The notes below the pieces were generated by a model. The model searched no databases and was not told the DNA's origin. It worked only from the letters and a program-made list of their open reading frames with translations. Positions 25,759-39,500 of a stretch of DNA of 64,000 nt are shown one piece after another. Source of the stretch: Vicugna vicugna (lineage: Eukaryota); NCBI GenBank assembly GCA_013265495.1, contig MU057477.1:62001-126000 (forward strand), in the 5' to 3' direction. The translations under genes were made by a program, and so were the position numbers. Position 1 is the stretch's first letter. Each line of letters opens with the position of its first letter.

Positions 25759-26437
25759 CTTCTTTTTTAAATTGAAGTATAGTTGATTTACAATATTGTG
25801 TTTATTTCAAGTGTACAACAAAGTGATTCAGTTATATATATATATATATTTATATATATTCTTTTTTCATATAATTTTCCATTATGGTTTATTACAGAAT
25901 ATTGAATATAGTTCCCTGTGCCATGCAGTAGGACCTTGTTATTTATCTGTTTTGTATATAGTCGTTTGTATCTGCTAATCCCAAACTTCTAATTTACCCC
26001 TCCCTGGCTTTCCCCTTTGGTAACTATCAATTTGTTTTCTATAACTGTGAGTTTGTTTCTGTTTTGTAAATAAGTTCATTTGTATCATTTTTTTTTAGAT
26101 TCCACATATAAGTGATATCATATGATATTTGGCTTTCTCTGTCCTACTTCCCTTAACATGATAATCTCTACGTTGCTGCCGATGGCATTATTTCATTCTC
26201 TTATGGTTGAGTAATATCCCATATTATATTTATATATATAGTAGACAAATAATATACATTATAATATATAATTAGCAATAACAAATATAATTATAATACA
26301 CTTAAGCATTACTTATATCACATAAATAATATATCATAATTAATATTCAACATATATACAACATATAATATTCCATATTATATGATATTCAATATACATA
26401 TGTATTATGTATATAAACCACATCTTTTATCCAGACA
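25759..26437 (-). mobile_element. Artiodactyl-type L1 3'UTR with internal AT-rich expansion
   Basis: TTGAAGTATAGTTGATTTACAATATTGTG...TTAGATTCCACATATAAGTGATATCATA; TSD TGATTTTCTTTT on both sides; (TA)-rich low complexity at 26220-26415. Confidence 0.85.
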
Positions 26438-27229
26438 ATGATTTTCTTTTGATTAAAAGGTATTCAGAAATAGCCTCATCAGAAATGAAAAAAAGAAACA
26501 AGAACAAACCGTCAAGTGGCAAAAAAATAACAAAAATGATAATGCTAATGTAGCCAGGATGACTTGGCCTGGGAAAAGACCAATTTGTTGGTGGCACTAC
26601 ATCCTGGCTAAGTAAGTCCCCAACATGTAGAGGCTCTCTAAAATGTGTTCAAAACTCTTTAAAGCAGTAATTCTACTTTGGGAAGTCACTTTAAGAAAAT
26701 AATCCTAGAGGGAAAAATACATACCGGTTGTAGAAGTACAAATATAGTTGCTCCATTTCTAATGCAAAGTATATAAATAAATGAAAGGGGCAGTGACAGA
26801 GGCCCAGGAAGTGGGAGCGACGGCCAGGGACCGGTTTGTGGGGACCAACCCACAGGCAAATTATGAAAGATCTATATATTGAAACATTGTCTAGAGTAAA
26901 TTCATGAGGTTTGTGCTAATATTGAAAGTGTCTAAATGAAAATGCGCTTAACGGGAAAAGAAAGAAGACTGCAAAATAGTGCTTACATACTGACTGCAGC
27001 CATAATATATGTGTGTGTGTGTGTGTACACTATTCAGGCTATAAATATTCATTCGGAAAAATGTTATTATTTACAGCCTTTAGTGAACATGGCAGCATGC
27101 AGGGCATTGATAAGAAAACGGCACAAATATGCAGGAATAATGCACAATAAGGAGGTCCAAGCTGCGGTCTGGGCTCCCTCGAAGTCCCTTGTCTCCCTGC
27201 GCTCTGGGTTTGTGCCTGAATCCGACAAA

Positions 27230-27980
27230 GGATGGGGTGGACATCTCGGCCCGGTCATTGGCGGACCGACCGCCAGGGGGCGCGCCAAGGACGTCTCGAC
27301 GTCCCGGGCTCCCCCCGGGGCGTCGCGCGCTCCCCAGGGCGCCCGGGCCGCACGGCTCCTTCCCTGCCGGCCTCTGCCCCGCCCGCCGTCAGGGGGCGCC
27401 GCAGGCTGCCCGGCGCTCGGCTCCCCGCCCCGGAGCGCCAGCGCGGGCGAGCGGCGCAGGCCGGCCGGGCGGCGGCCATGGACCGCTTCGTGTGGACCAG
27501 CGGCCTCCTGGAGATCAACGAGACCCTGGTGATCCAGCAGCGCGGCGTGCGCATCTACGACGGCGAGGAGAAGGTAGGGCGGCAGCCAGGCCCCTCTCCC
27601 GGCCCTGGCCCGGCCTCGGCGCTCGGCGCCGCCCCCGCCCGTCCGCGCCCGCCCAGCGCTCGGCTCCGGCCCTGACTTTGGAACGGCTCCCGGCGGGCGC
27701 GGTCGGCCGCGGCCCCTCTCCAGCCCGGGGGAGACTCCTCGGGGCGGCACAGCGGGCGCGGGCCGAGCACGGCGCGGTCAGGGAGCCCTGATTCATCGCC
27801 CGGATCGCGGCCGGTTCCGCCTTTGTCAGGAGGCCGCCCTCCCTGCGCTCCCTCCGGGCGTGGCTTCAGGCCGTGGGACCCGGGAGCCCGGGAGACTCTG
27901 GGCCGTCCCGGCCGGGGCGGGAGGGGTGGCTCCGGGGGGATTTCTGAAAGCAGGTGTCAGCGTCTGCTCGGGACGCCTTG
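27230..27980 (+). promoter_or_regulatory. VPS36: VPS36 CpG-island promoter
   Basis: Very GC- and CpG-rich around exon 1; ATTGG near 27257; CTCF-like CCGCCAGGGGGCGC near 27270; multiple GC boxes. Confidence 0.85.
27478..27573 (+). CDS. VPS36: VPS36 exon 1 (coding part)
   Basis: gccATGG Kozak; [32 protein letters not shown]|gtaggg. Confidence 0.96.
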
Positions 27981-30900
27981 GCTGAAGGCTCTTTGAGGTT
28001 TTGTGTGTGTGTGGTGGAATGGCATTAGAAAGGAGTTTTGATTGTTCTGTAGAGTGATGTAGGCCCTGCCTTGTGATCCACGAGTAAACCTTAGATGTGT
28101 TTGCAAGTTGACAGGAGAATACTAGCTGTATGTAAACATTCACTGGAAACTCCCATCAAACTGCATACATACTGTCATCCTGTTCTGGATGAAATGTATA
28201 ATGAATTGGAAAAGTTGAAAAAAAAAACCACATTTACTCACCAGCGTTTTTAGTTTCCAGAAGTTTCACTTGCTACCTCTCCTTTGCAGTTTCTTTAGAG
28301 AAACTTCCTCCTGTTCTTTCGCATACATTCCCGGACGCAGAGCTTTTCCTGGTCTGTGCTTACAGAAGTTTGAGGCCTCCTTCCTTGTAGAAGGTAGTGG
28401 AGGGCAGGGGTTACACGGCCATCGGAGGCTCGGCCCACATAACGGAGGACCCAGGGCTCTGCCTCACCGAGGGCATTTCCTCCTGTTTCTATTGAGTCAA
28501 AGTCTTTTTCTTAAGTAATTTGCTTGGAAATTACTGTTTCGGTACTTTTATTAATTTGATCTCAAATTGGGTTTGCATCTTTTGGTTGGAGGGAGATGCT
28601 AAATGTTTTCGTTTTGTAAACTGAGGTTACACGTTGGAACTGTTGTAAAATGGGAAGCGTAGTCAACCGCCCCTCCCTCAGGGCGTTGGCGCTTGCCCCA
28701 CCCTCAGGACAGAATCCTGACAGTGACCGTATCCAGAGACTCCTCCAGAGCCACTCCCTGCTGGCAGTCATGATTTTGCAGAGCCCCACACTTTGCCTGT
28801 TTTTTGGAATTCTAATTTACAAATTAGGAACAGCTTTGCTGGCACATAGCTCTCGTATCTTTAAAACAACAAAAAATCAAAACCATTAATCCCCGTATAT
28901 GACCATGTTGAAGTAGAAAATTCTAGTTTTTCCCTTACATTTTTGGCTTCTTGTTTTAGCAGACAAGTAGGTAGAGGTATCAGGGGATTCAAAAGTCATG
29001 GGAAAAACTTAGTTGAGACCCTTTGGTCTAGTCAAGAATTCTTAACTGTTCTGAGAGCTGATGGTGGTGAGGGAGGAGGGGCAGGTGTCTTAAAATTGAA
29101 GCAGAGCTCCCTGCTCAACCCTGCATTCCCCAGGCCGGATCTGCTCAGCCACGTGCTGAGCTGTCCCTAGTGTGAGTGAGGGCCAGACTGGGTCCTGGGG
29201 GAAAGTCTTGTGTCCTGGCTTCCTCCCTCCGCTGGAAGGTGTCCAGCCGCTGTGCCCTGAAGACTGGGCAGCCTCCAGGTCTGAGCAAGTTCCCTTTCAG
29301 ACACTCACTGGCTCCCTGGGTCTCTGCGCTGTGGTCCAGACTGCTCAGCCTTCATGGCTTTGCATCCAACATGTTCCCCAGGCCCGCGTGCACGGGGCTG
29401 CCTGAGAGGCCAGTGAGCGCGCCTTACTCATCCTGTATCTTCTGGCTTATTGTGGGTGTGAAATACATTTAAAAAAAAAAAAGCACCTGGAATAACTAGA
29501 GTACCTACTACATGTCAGGAGCTTTACATAATTTAATCCTTTCCCTGGGCAGATAAGGGGAGTATTTCACCAAATGAGAGAAGAGAACTCTCAAAGATAG
29601 GGTGACTCGCCTAAGATCCAGAGTGCCTTATCAGGAGAGCCAGGAGTTAAATCTCTATTGATCAAACTCCCAAAGCCTGTCCTTTGTTCACTGTGCTGGA
29701 GGGCTTCAAAAATGCAGCAGTCCTGTGCCAGACTCTTTATGTAACGTGATATGTATGTTCCCCATATGTTATGTAATAGCGCATCCTCCAAAGGTGAGGA
29801 CACTGAGACCCTCAGGAGGTGGTTGAGAAAACTGTGACCTGTCTCAGGTCACACGATTAGTAATGGGTAGAACGAGCTAGATGGTGCCCTTCACACCGCC
29901 CAAGTGCCTCTTGCTTGTTTATACAGGTGCAGTTTTCATGAGCCCCTCATGACCTGATAATGTGTTGTTTTCATAAGCAGTGTAGATAGGTCATTTGTTT
30001 CAATTCGCAGAAGCTCCTGTAGCCTCAGCTAATTTAAAAGCTAATGTAAGAAGGTTTGTAGTGTGTAATGCGGCAAGTTGGCAGCTTATATGAGAAGATT
30101 TAGAAAATGTTTATTTTCTTTCAGCTGGCGATGTCACTTTTCGGAATTTACCCTTGGGAAATAATCAGAGATGCAGGAAGATGTAATGAATGAGGATGTT
30201 CATCTCAGCAGTATTATATATGTCATTTATTTTTATGTAGTACAGGAGAAAGTTGAAAGCAATCTGAACGTCCATCATAGGAATCGGTTAATTAAATATG
30301 ATATGCCCTAATCGGCATGAGGAATTAATGATAGGCTGCTAAGTGGAAAAAGCAAGTTATAAAACTATAAATATGGCCTCATTTTACACACACTCTGGCT
30401 GGTCTGATTATAAAATATTTCATTTTTTTTAAACTTTAAAAAATATTGTCCAGATTTTCAACAGTGTATTATTTTTGTGGGGGAGGACATAATTAGGTTT
30501 ATTTATTTAATGACTTTTTAATGGTGGTATTAGGGATTGAACCCAGGACCCTGAGTGTGCTGGGCACTGGCTCTACCACTGAGCTACACCCTCCCCCCTC
30601 CAACAATGTATTACTTTTAAAACAGAAAAATGTTAAGTCAAAACCAAACAAAGCAGTACGAGCTTATTCAGCGAATGCCTACATTATTTTAACTACTAAC
30701 TTTTAAGTAGTTGAAATTATTCTAGCTCTGAGTGGTAGAAGGAAACCAGCCTAAACTTGCCTGTCAGATTTAGCTCATAATCCCTTGGAATCCCTGAAGG
30801 GAACTATTACACAATACCTTCACGGAGAGCAGCAACGTTTAACATGTGCACATTGTTAACTGACATAGTAATGGAACGTCCTCTGGCTTCAGACGTCAAT

Positions 30901-33514
30901 TCACATCCTTATGTGACTTCAGTCAGATAACGTGCAGTTTCTTAATCGGAACCATTAAGCTGTAATGTAGCATCATGTACACTCAAATTGAGAAAATGTT
31001 TGATTCTGGAAAAGTGAAATCTTTTAGGCAAAAAAGAGATTTTTAAAATAGCTTAAACTCAGTTTTTTGGTCTTGCATACACAACATTAACCAAAACATT
31101 TGAAGGCAGACTGAATTAAGTGCCAGGAGTGTGTCTCTTCCGCTGATGCGGAGGAACACGTGGCGCTCCGAAGTCTTTCCTCTGAGGCTGAAGTGCTTGG
31201 TGGGATAATCTCTCACAGAGGGTATTTAAACTAGATGGTTCTGCAGGTCTCTTACCCCTAAAGCTTGTGAACCATATTATTGAAGACTTGCTAATATTAA
31301 GCTATTAGTCATACAGGCATACCTTACTCTTAGAATATAATTTTTTAAAACTCATGTTAAAAAGTGTGTTGGTTATATATTATACAAGGACTTTTTTGAC
31401 AAAAAATTTCTTCATTTGTTTGATTTAACAAAAAATAATTTATATACGTTTTGGAGTTACATGAAGTTATATATGCCTGTAACAAACCTCTTCATCTTTT
31501 CTCATTAGACAATAATAAAGTTGTTAAGTATGGGTAAACAAAAAGAAAAAACTTGAAATAATCAGTAATCCTACTACATATAAATAATTACTTTTGGCAT
31601 ATAGTGTGTGTAATCAGGCTATGTATACTATTTTTAAATCTACTTTTTTCTATGTTACTATCATGAATATAGTATAATAGTATATTAAGTCTTATTATCA
31701 GTGAGGTTGGACATCAATTAATGTGTCTGAGTCATTTGTAGTGCCTTTTCTGTGAACAGTCTTTGCTCGTTTTTCTAATGGGTAACAGGCTATTTTCTTA
31801 ATTGATTTGTAAGATTACTTTATATATTAAGGAAATTAACCCTTTGTCTCTGATGTGAATTACAGTTATTTTTCCCAGTCTGCCATCTTTGCCATTGGTG
31901 GTTTTTGCCATGAAGTATTTGTGTGCATGCGTGTGTGTGGAGTTGAATTTTTAAATCTTTTCCTCTAATGCTAGTGGGTTTACTGCTTTTCTTAGAAAGA
32001 CTTTATCCACTCTGATGTGATTAAAAAATTCTCTTGTGATTTTTTTCTAGTGCATTTATAACTTTTTAATTCAAATATTTGATTCATCTAGAATTCATTC
32101 CAGTGCAGTGTATTAGATATAAATCCTACCTTTTTTCCTTTTTTTTTTTTCCTTTCTTTTTTTCCTACTGGGCAACCTATGTGTTCCCATGTCATTGATG
32201 AATCTCTATCCACACTTCTTTTGCATGTGTTTGTGTCTTTTTCTGGATTTTCTTATTATATAAAAATCATTTAAAATATGCAAGTCATACACAAATTCAA
32301 TCTCATGGTAAAAAATTCCATCAATAGTGAAGTGTATAGTTTTAAAAAAGGGCCGTTCGCTTTTCTTCCTCCCGTCCCCTCACACTTTTTCCAAGATAAT
32401 TATTGTTAGGTCACTGAGTATTCCATTTAGACCTTTTTCTACTACTCGTGTGTATGTATGTATAGACACACATATATATCTATCTGTATGTATCTCACGT
32501 GCAGTTTGGGGGTATGGAGATTCTCTATGTATGTCTGTCGATCTGATTACATTACATGTGATATGCTGTCTGTCAGCTGCTTTCTTCCCCACTGACCCTA
32601 CGTCAGAGTTCCGTGCTAGTCCACGCAGCTCTCCCTCATTGTGAGGGTTTAGCCTCTGCATGGATTCCATAATATGGTTGTATATCACACGTGATTTAAC
32701 CACTTTCCTGTTGTTACATATCTAAGTAATTTGCAGTTTTTTCCCCCTAATTTTAGCAAGGTAGCAAGGCTGTATATATAGCTTATGAAGTGTGAGGCAT
32801 TGCTTCTCTTCAGCTCGTGATAACCCTAGCACTAAAATGTTTGCTTATGTGATTGACTTACTGTTGTGCAATTCATGGGGAAGAAAATCTGGACCACACT
32901 GAGTGATACGTTATTAATATTTTGTGATGATTGTTTTTCTAGATAAAATTTGATGCCGGGACCCTCCTTCTTAGTACCCACCGACTGATTTGGAGAGATC
33001 AGAAAAATCATGTAAGATACAGTTTTTTTGCATTTGTTCTAGATTTTAAGTCACTGAATTTTTCCCCTTTTTTCATTCTTTCTGGTAAAACTATAAACAG
33101 ACACAGTAAATTTTCATTTTCAGATGTCAGAAGATTGTGTCTTATATGGTCTCTCTGAAAGGGGGTCTGGTCCCTCATTCAGCCCCAGAAAAGTCTGTAG
33201 TTCGTGTATAGAGAGTCATGATGACTCCTGGCTTTTAAACACTAATCAGATTCTACCCTACACCTGAGTGTCCCCATCAGCAAGAGGGGCCCTTAAACGT
33301 ATACATCCTTAAAACTACACATCCTCCCTGAGAGTTGCTGAGAGTCAGGAGGAGCGGTCTGCTGTGAAGTGCGTGCTTTTACCTAAATATTCAGAACCGC
33401 CGCTAAGTCACTCAGCAGGAGGAGAACCACTCCATCTTTTCATTTCTAGGAAGAGAGGACAGGTGATGTGTATAGATAGACCTGATATCTTTATTCCAGG
33501 GAGCTTTAACTTAA

Positions 33515-33551
<37 letters not shown>

Positions 33552-36500
33552 AATTTCAGTGTTGTCAGTAAAGTAAGCAATCTCTTCTACGTTATTTTCA
33601 TAAATGCTATCCCTCCATGAAATATTAATTCCATAGATAAACTATATACTGTACTGAGGCTCTCTGAAAGGTCACTAACCATCACAAAATTTGACTCTTT
33701 TTGCCCCCCAAAACCAGTTTTTGTCCCCTTGGTGGTGATATTACCCTTGTGGATAGTGCATGCCTTAGAACTGCTAATGTTATCTAATTATTTTAAATGA
33801 AACATACATTCAAGAAAGCAAGCTTTTTTAGAGGGGTAGGTGTCTTTAAACCATATGTTTATAAATTAATCTTAGTATAATTTTTGATTATCATATAAAG
33901 GTGCTAATTTAGAAATCCTTAGACCTATTAAATGCCAATCATTTGTAATAATTTTAATAATCAAATATACTAATAAAAGGATGCCACATTAGTATTTTCC
34001 GTTAAAAAGTAATTGTGGGTGGGTGAGTGAAGTATAGAAAATTATAAGGAAGAAAAATAGGCCTTATAACACACCCCTTGAAGTTGTTTTGATTTACCTG
34101 TTCTACTTTGTTTTCCACATAAGAATATATTGTATGTAAAAACTTTTCATATAAATACTACTTTTTGAAAGATGTACCTCCTGGAAAAACAAAGGTAGTT
34201 ACAGCTGTTTAAACGCCTTATGTTCTTCCATGCAGTAAAACGCCACCACGGTATTTTTTCATTCAGTGTTTCCTTAAGTTTATGTAAGGAATAAAGTAAC
34301 ATTATTATTTTTTATTGTCTTAATTATTAAGTACCTTAAAGGAAGGTGGCACCCTCTTAAATCTATAAAACAAGGATTCGGACGAGTCTTACGGCTCATG
34401 TTTTCTCTTGATCTGCTCCCAGGAATGCTGCATGGCCATTCCGCTTTCCCAAATCGTGTTCATTGAAGAACAGGCAGCTGGAATTGGGAAAAGGTAAGGT
34501 CTGTATATGACAGTGTTTAGTCACAAAAACATGTCCAGTCAAGCTGTCATCATTAACCTGGTTGATTTACTGCTGTCAGTCATTGCCGTGACTGCGTGTG
34601 TGGGAGTGAGTCTAATGGTTGTGTTGGGGCTTTGTGAATACTCGTTGTTCAGAGGTTCCCTAAGGAGTACTGGTCCTGGGGGTGGAGAGAAGCAGGTGAG
34701 GGAGATTAAGAGGCACAAAAATAATTCCAGTTACAAAAGAAGTGTCACCGGTATGCAAGGTACAGTGTGGGGGATATGATCAGTAACAGTGTGATGTCTT
34801 TATGTGGTGACAGAACTAGTCTTATGGTGGTGATCATTTTGAAATGTATAGAAATAGCAAATCACTGTTGTGTAACAGGAACTAACACAGTGTTGTAAGT
34901 CAATAATATCAAAAACAAAGGATCAAACTCATACAAAGAGATCAGATTTGTGGTTCCCAGAGGCGAGGTGTGGTGCGGGGGAACTGGGTGAAGGCAGTCA
35001 AAAAGTACAAACTTCCAGCTGTAAGATAAATAAGTACTAGGGATGTAATGTACAATATGATAAATATAATTAACACAGCTCTTTCTGTTATACAAGAAAC
35101 TTGTTAAGAGAATAAATCTTGAGTTCTCATCACAAGGAAAAAATTTTTTTTCTACTTTAATTTTGTATCTATATGAGACAATAGATGTTGACTAAACCTA
35201 TTGTAGTAATCATTTCATGACGTATCTAAGTCATATCATTATACTTCTACACCTTAAACTTATATAGTGTTGTATATCAATTATGTCCCAATTACACTGG
35301 GGGGAAATAAATATATTTTTAAAAAGAGGTGTTGTCCTACCTTAAACTCATTGATAAATGGAAGTCATTTTTAAAGCGTGAATCAAGTGCTAAGGTTGCT
35401 GTAATAGCCTCAGGTCATAATAAATAAATGTGTGCCAACTGTCACTGTATATATTTCCACAGACATTTGCTTTCACAAGTCTGTGTATCTATAATTCAGT
35501 ACTTAAAATCAGAAATGACCCACCTGAGAAAAATACCTGACTTTGCTCCTATTTCTAGCTGTTCGTTAAGCTTCTCCACTTTGACTTTTTCAGGTATCAG
35601 TGTTGAATAGGGTATCACAAGGATTGTTGTCCAAACTGGGACATTTATAAGAGTAATAGGGGACAATGTTTATAATTAGACCAGGGCAAGCATAAAACAG
35701 GACCACAGGAGATGTGGTCACCCTGGTTTAAACCCACAGCTTAAAAGGTTTCTGAAAAAAAAAAAAGGTTTCTGTTTATTCAAGTAGGTTACACATTTTG
35801 GCTTTGTATTTTATGTGCATGTAATTATGAACAACTATTGATGATAAGGAATTTTTTTCCAGATGGGGCCATCTTTAGCTTTAGCGTAGTTTATACTTCA
35901 ATAGAAGTTAAACAAATGTTGAACTTCAGTGGAAGTGCAGTGCCTCCCAATTATAATGTTGTAGCTAGTATAAAATATTGCTTATTTGACATGTAAGAAA
36001 CAAAGCAACATTTTGAAAAGGTTAATAAGACACAGATTTTTAGAGTAGGCTATTTCTCTAGTTTATATTTTCCCCCTTCTCATGTTTCTCCATCTTATTG
36101 AGTTCTTTTTTTTAAATTGAAGTGTAATTGACATGCATTATATTAGTTTCAGGTGTACAACACAATGATTTGATATGTGTATGTATCGCTTTTCTTATTC
36201 TACAAACTTTAGGGATGTTCCAGATCATCTGAATTTTCTCTGCTGTGTTTCAAGGAAATCTAAATTCTGTAACAAAAATATTTAAATATTTACCTTCACA
36301 TTATCGTCTTATTTTTAAACATCTGCAGTGAGGAGGAATTCAATAATATACCAAGTTAACTTTTCTCAAATATTCTTTTTAGCTCCCAGCTCCTCTCCAC
36401 AATTACCACATCTCATTGATTCAAAGATGTGTGTGTATTTGCATTTTTTAACATCTCTGAACCTCTCTCTTTAAATTCCTGGGTTTTAAACTTGGTGAAA

Positions 36501-39500
36501 TATGGTAATTGAATGAGCCAAGAAAAGAATATATGGAAAAATTAGCATAGATTGTTTTTGATGACTTTGGGATTTTTAAACTTCATTTCGTATAATCTCT
36601 TAGCTTTTCGTTGGGTTTCCTTTGACCAATTCTGAGAGTAGGGCTCAGGTTTTTGAGTTTTAAACACTGTAGGTTGTATGGTGCATTTGCTCAGTCATCT
36701 GGTCCTGACTGTCATAGTTCTGTTGCTCTACCTGACAGTTCATTGCAAACAGTCCTGTGATTCTGCTCACACAGTTTTATTTGCTCACCTCACTTAAAGA
36801 TATTCATCACAAAGGAACAGAGGAAGAGTCTGTACAAGTCTGGCCCAAGTTCACTAACCAAAGCATTTGTTCCATCAAGGACGCCCTGCACATGGTGTTT
36901 CAGTCTTAGAGTGATATTTATGCCACTCTATGGGCTCAAAGTAATATTGAGTAATAGATGTATCTGTAATGTGGTCATAGAGAAAAAGCTCTGAGGTAGG
37001 TATGCAAGATACTTTTGAGTTTTTTGGTTTCGCTGATATTTATAGAAGTTGTTTATTGAGCTGGGTGGGAAAAAAGACTTAACAGAACTGAACAAATATG
37101 GTGGTGTTTTTAATACCATAGAGGGCAACAGTAGAAATAAAGATTATGGTTGTTTGTGTTCCTAGAGCAACAGCATTTTGAGAATTGTTTTTGCTATTAG
37201 ATATCTCTCTAGATCCTGTTGTTGATTGAGTGACATTTTCAAAAAGTGACACTGTAGAATGTTAGTTTTGGATGGAGTTTTAATAAAATGTCAGCTGGCC
37301 AGTTTTCCACAGATAAGTTTTCACATTTTGTTTTCAAATGAGTAAGGTGGTATGCTTTGGCAGAACTTACAGGCCCCCCCTGGAAACCTTTGGGGATGAC
37401 TCTGTAGATGGAAAACCCTAATCATAAACTAATATCATAAACCACCCCAAATTTTGCAAATTTGTAGAGAATTTATTTCCCCAAATCACATTTTTATTTA
37501 ATCTATAGAGCAGGTAACTTGAATTTTTTTGGTTCACAGATTATAAATTTTAAGTAGAGATATTTTTGAAAGGTTCATTAATACTGAATTGATATGACAG
37601 GGAGGGTATAGCTTGATGGTGGAGCATATGCTCAGCATGCATGAGGTCCTAGGTTCAATCCTCAGTACTTCCATTAAATAAATAGATAAATAAACCTAAT
37701 TACCCCCCGCACACACACACAATTTAAAAAATATACTGAGTTGATACAGACTTTAAAAGGATTCCTTTTAGGATGTTCTTTGTTTCCATATGAATTTTAA
37801 AAGTGATCTGAAATATATTAAAAGTTATGAAAATTGAATTAGTGACTTTTTTAATAAGGCAGTTAAATACATTACATTCATTCTTTTTTAAGTGCCAAAA
37901 TAGTGGTCCATCTTCACCCAGCTGCTAACAAAGAACCTGGTCCATTCCAGAGTAGTAAGAACTCCTACATCAAGCTCTCCTTCAAAGAACATGGTCAGAT
38001 TGAGGTGAGTTTCCATATGAATACGACTGGACTAGAAATGTGTGCTTGCATATATTTTTGTTGTTAATAGGATGGAAGGCAGTGCTGTTCAATATACCAG
38101 GTTTCACCATATTTTTACAAAAAAATGTTTATATCTTAAGCCTTATCAGCGGAGGATATGAAGTTTAGGTTTCAGTGGGAACGGGAAGCAGGGGCTGGAT
38201 GTGGGCTAAGTTATGATATTAGGCTACTAATAAAGTTTTCGGTGGTACAGTCTGTCTCAGTATCTGAAAGTTCCCCAGCCTTAAATCAGACAGACTGTCT
38301 TTATTAACTCCATACAAATCTACTTGCTTACATTCTTATTCCATAGTATAGTAGTCTAGATGTTCTGATTAATAAGCTGCTGTGTAAGTATTTTTTAGAC
38401 ATTTACAAGTGTATGTTTATCCCTCCATCAAGGTCATAAATGATTTATGTTCTTTTTTCTATAGCATCTCACCCAGTGTTCCTTGCACAGTAGGCACTAA
38501 GTAAATTTAAGTGTCTAGCTAAAGTCCTTCTTTCTGTAGTTGAAAAATAAAGTTGATTTTTTATGAGTGTAGGCTTCTTTTGACCCTAGTATCTGGCCTC
38601 ACATTTTAACTAGACAAATTATTCTTTGCTTCCTTCATGGATAATAGTTGTGTATTTTTCTTGGCACTGTGACTGTTTCACTATAGATTAAAAACAATCC
38701 ACGTACGCAGGATTGTTTAAAATAAGTCTGTTTCATTGTCACTCATCGTTTTGTTGAGAATAGTGCACTTTATATAGAAGGTCAGGTCCTTCTTCTTTTT
38801 TTCTTTTTCTCCTTTGTGCTTTCTGAAGTTGATCCAAGAAAAGAACTTCCTCTGATTTCCTTTGATGTCTCTGAGAATTCTAGGCTTGTTGCAAATGACC
38901 AAACAGACCTTTCAACTAAAGAAATGTTAAGTAATGACCTGTGCGAGGATGCCACAGAATCATTTAAAGTGTCTGCATGTGCCTGACAGTTTTACAGGCG
39001 ATTATCAGAGGAAATGACACAGAGAAGATGGGAGAATATGCCAGTTTCCCAGTCATTACAAACGAAAAGAGGACCCCAGGTATTTTTTAAAATGTTTCCT
39101 AACCCAGTATTTTCAGCTCTGTATTTGCATCTTCATAAAGGGGAAAGAGTTCTGTGATCATAGCACTTGCCAGAAACAAAATAATGATATTCTAATTTAA
39201 AAAATTTATTTTCACAGAACCTAATTTAGTGCTCTGTAGGCAGTAGACACTTAGTAAAAATTAATGACCACTTACCAGGATAATTTGGGGGCAATGGAAG
39301 TTAGATTCTACTTCCTGATTCTGTTCTTCATAATTAGTGTGGCATCTGAGAGAACAGTCAGTACCGCTGGGTGACGTTTTCCAGGCCGGTCTAATTAACC
39401 GCCAACTATGGACAGACACTCCGATGTGTAAAAGTAGCTTGTATAATAACCGTCAAGTACCCAAATTTTAACAATAATTTTTTGCACATTTGAGACCCTG

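Noticed and set aside
26936..28143. Several 100-227 aa ORFs around VPS36 exon 1
   Set aside because: CpG-island artefacts; only 27478-27573 matches VPS36, and the apparent N-terminal extension from 27232 probably lies upstream of the TSS
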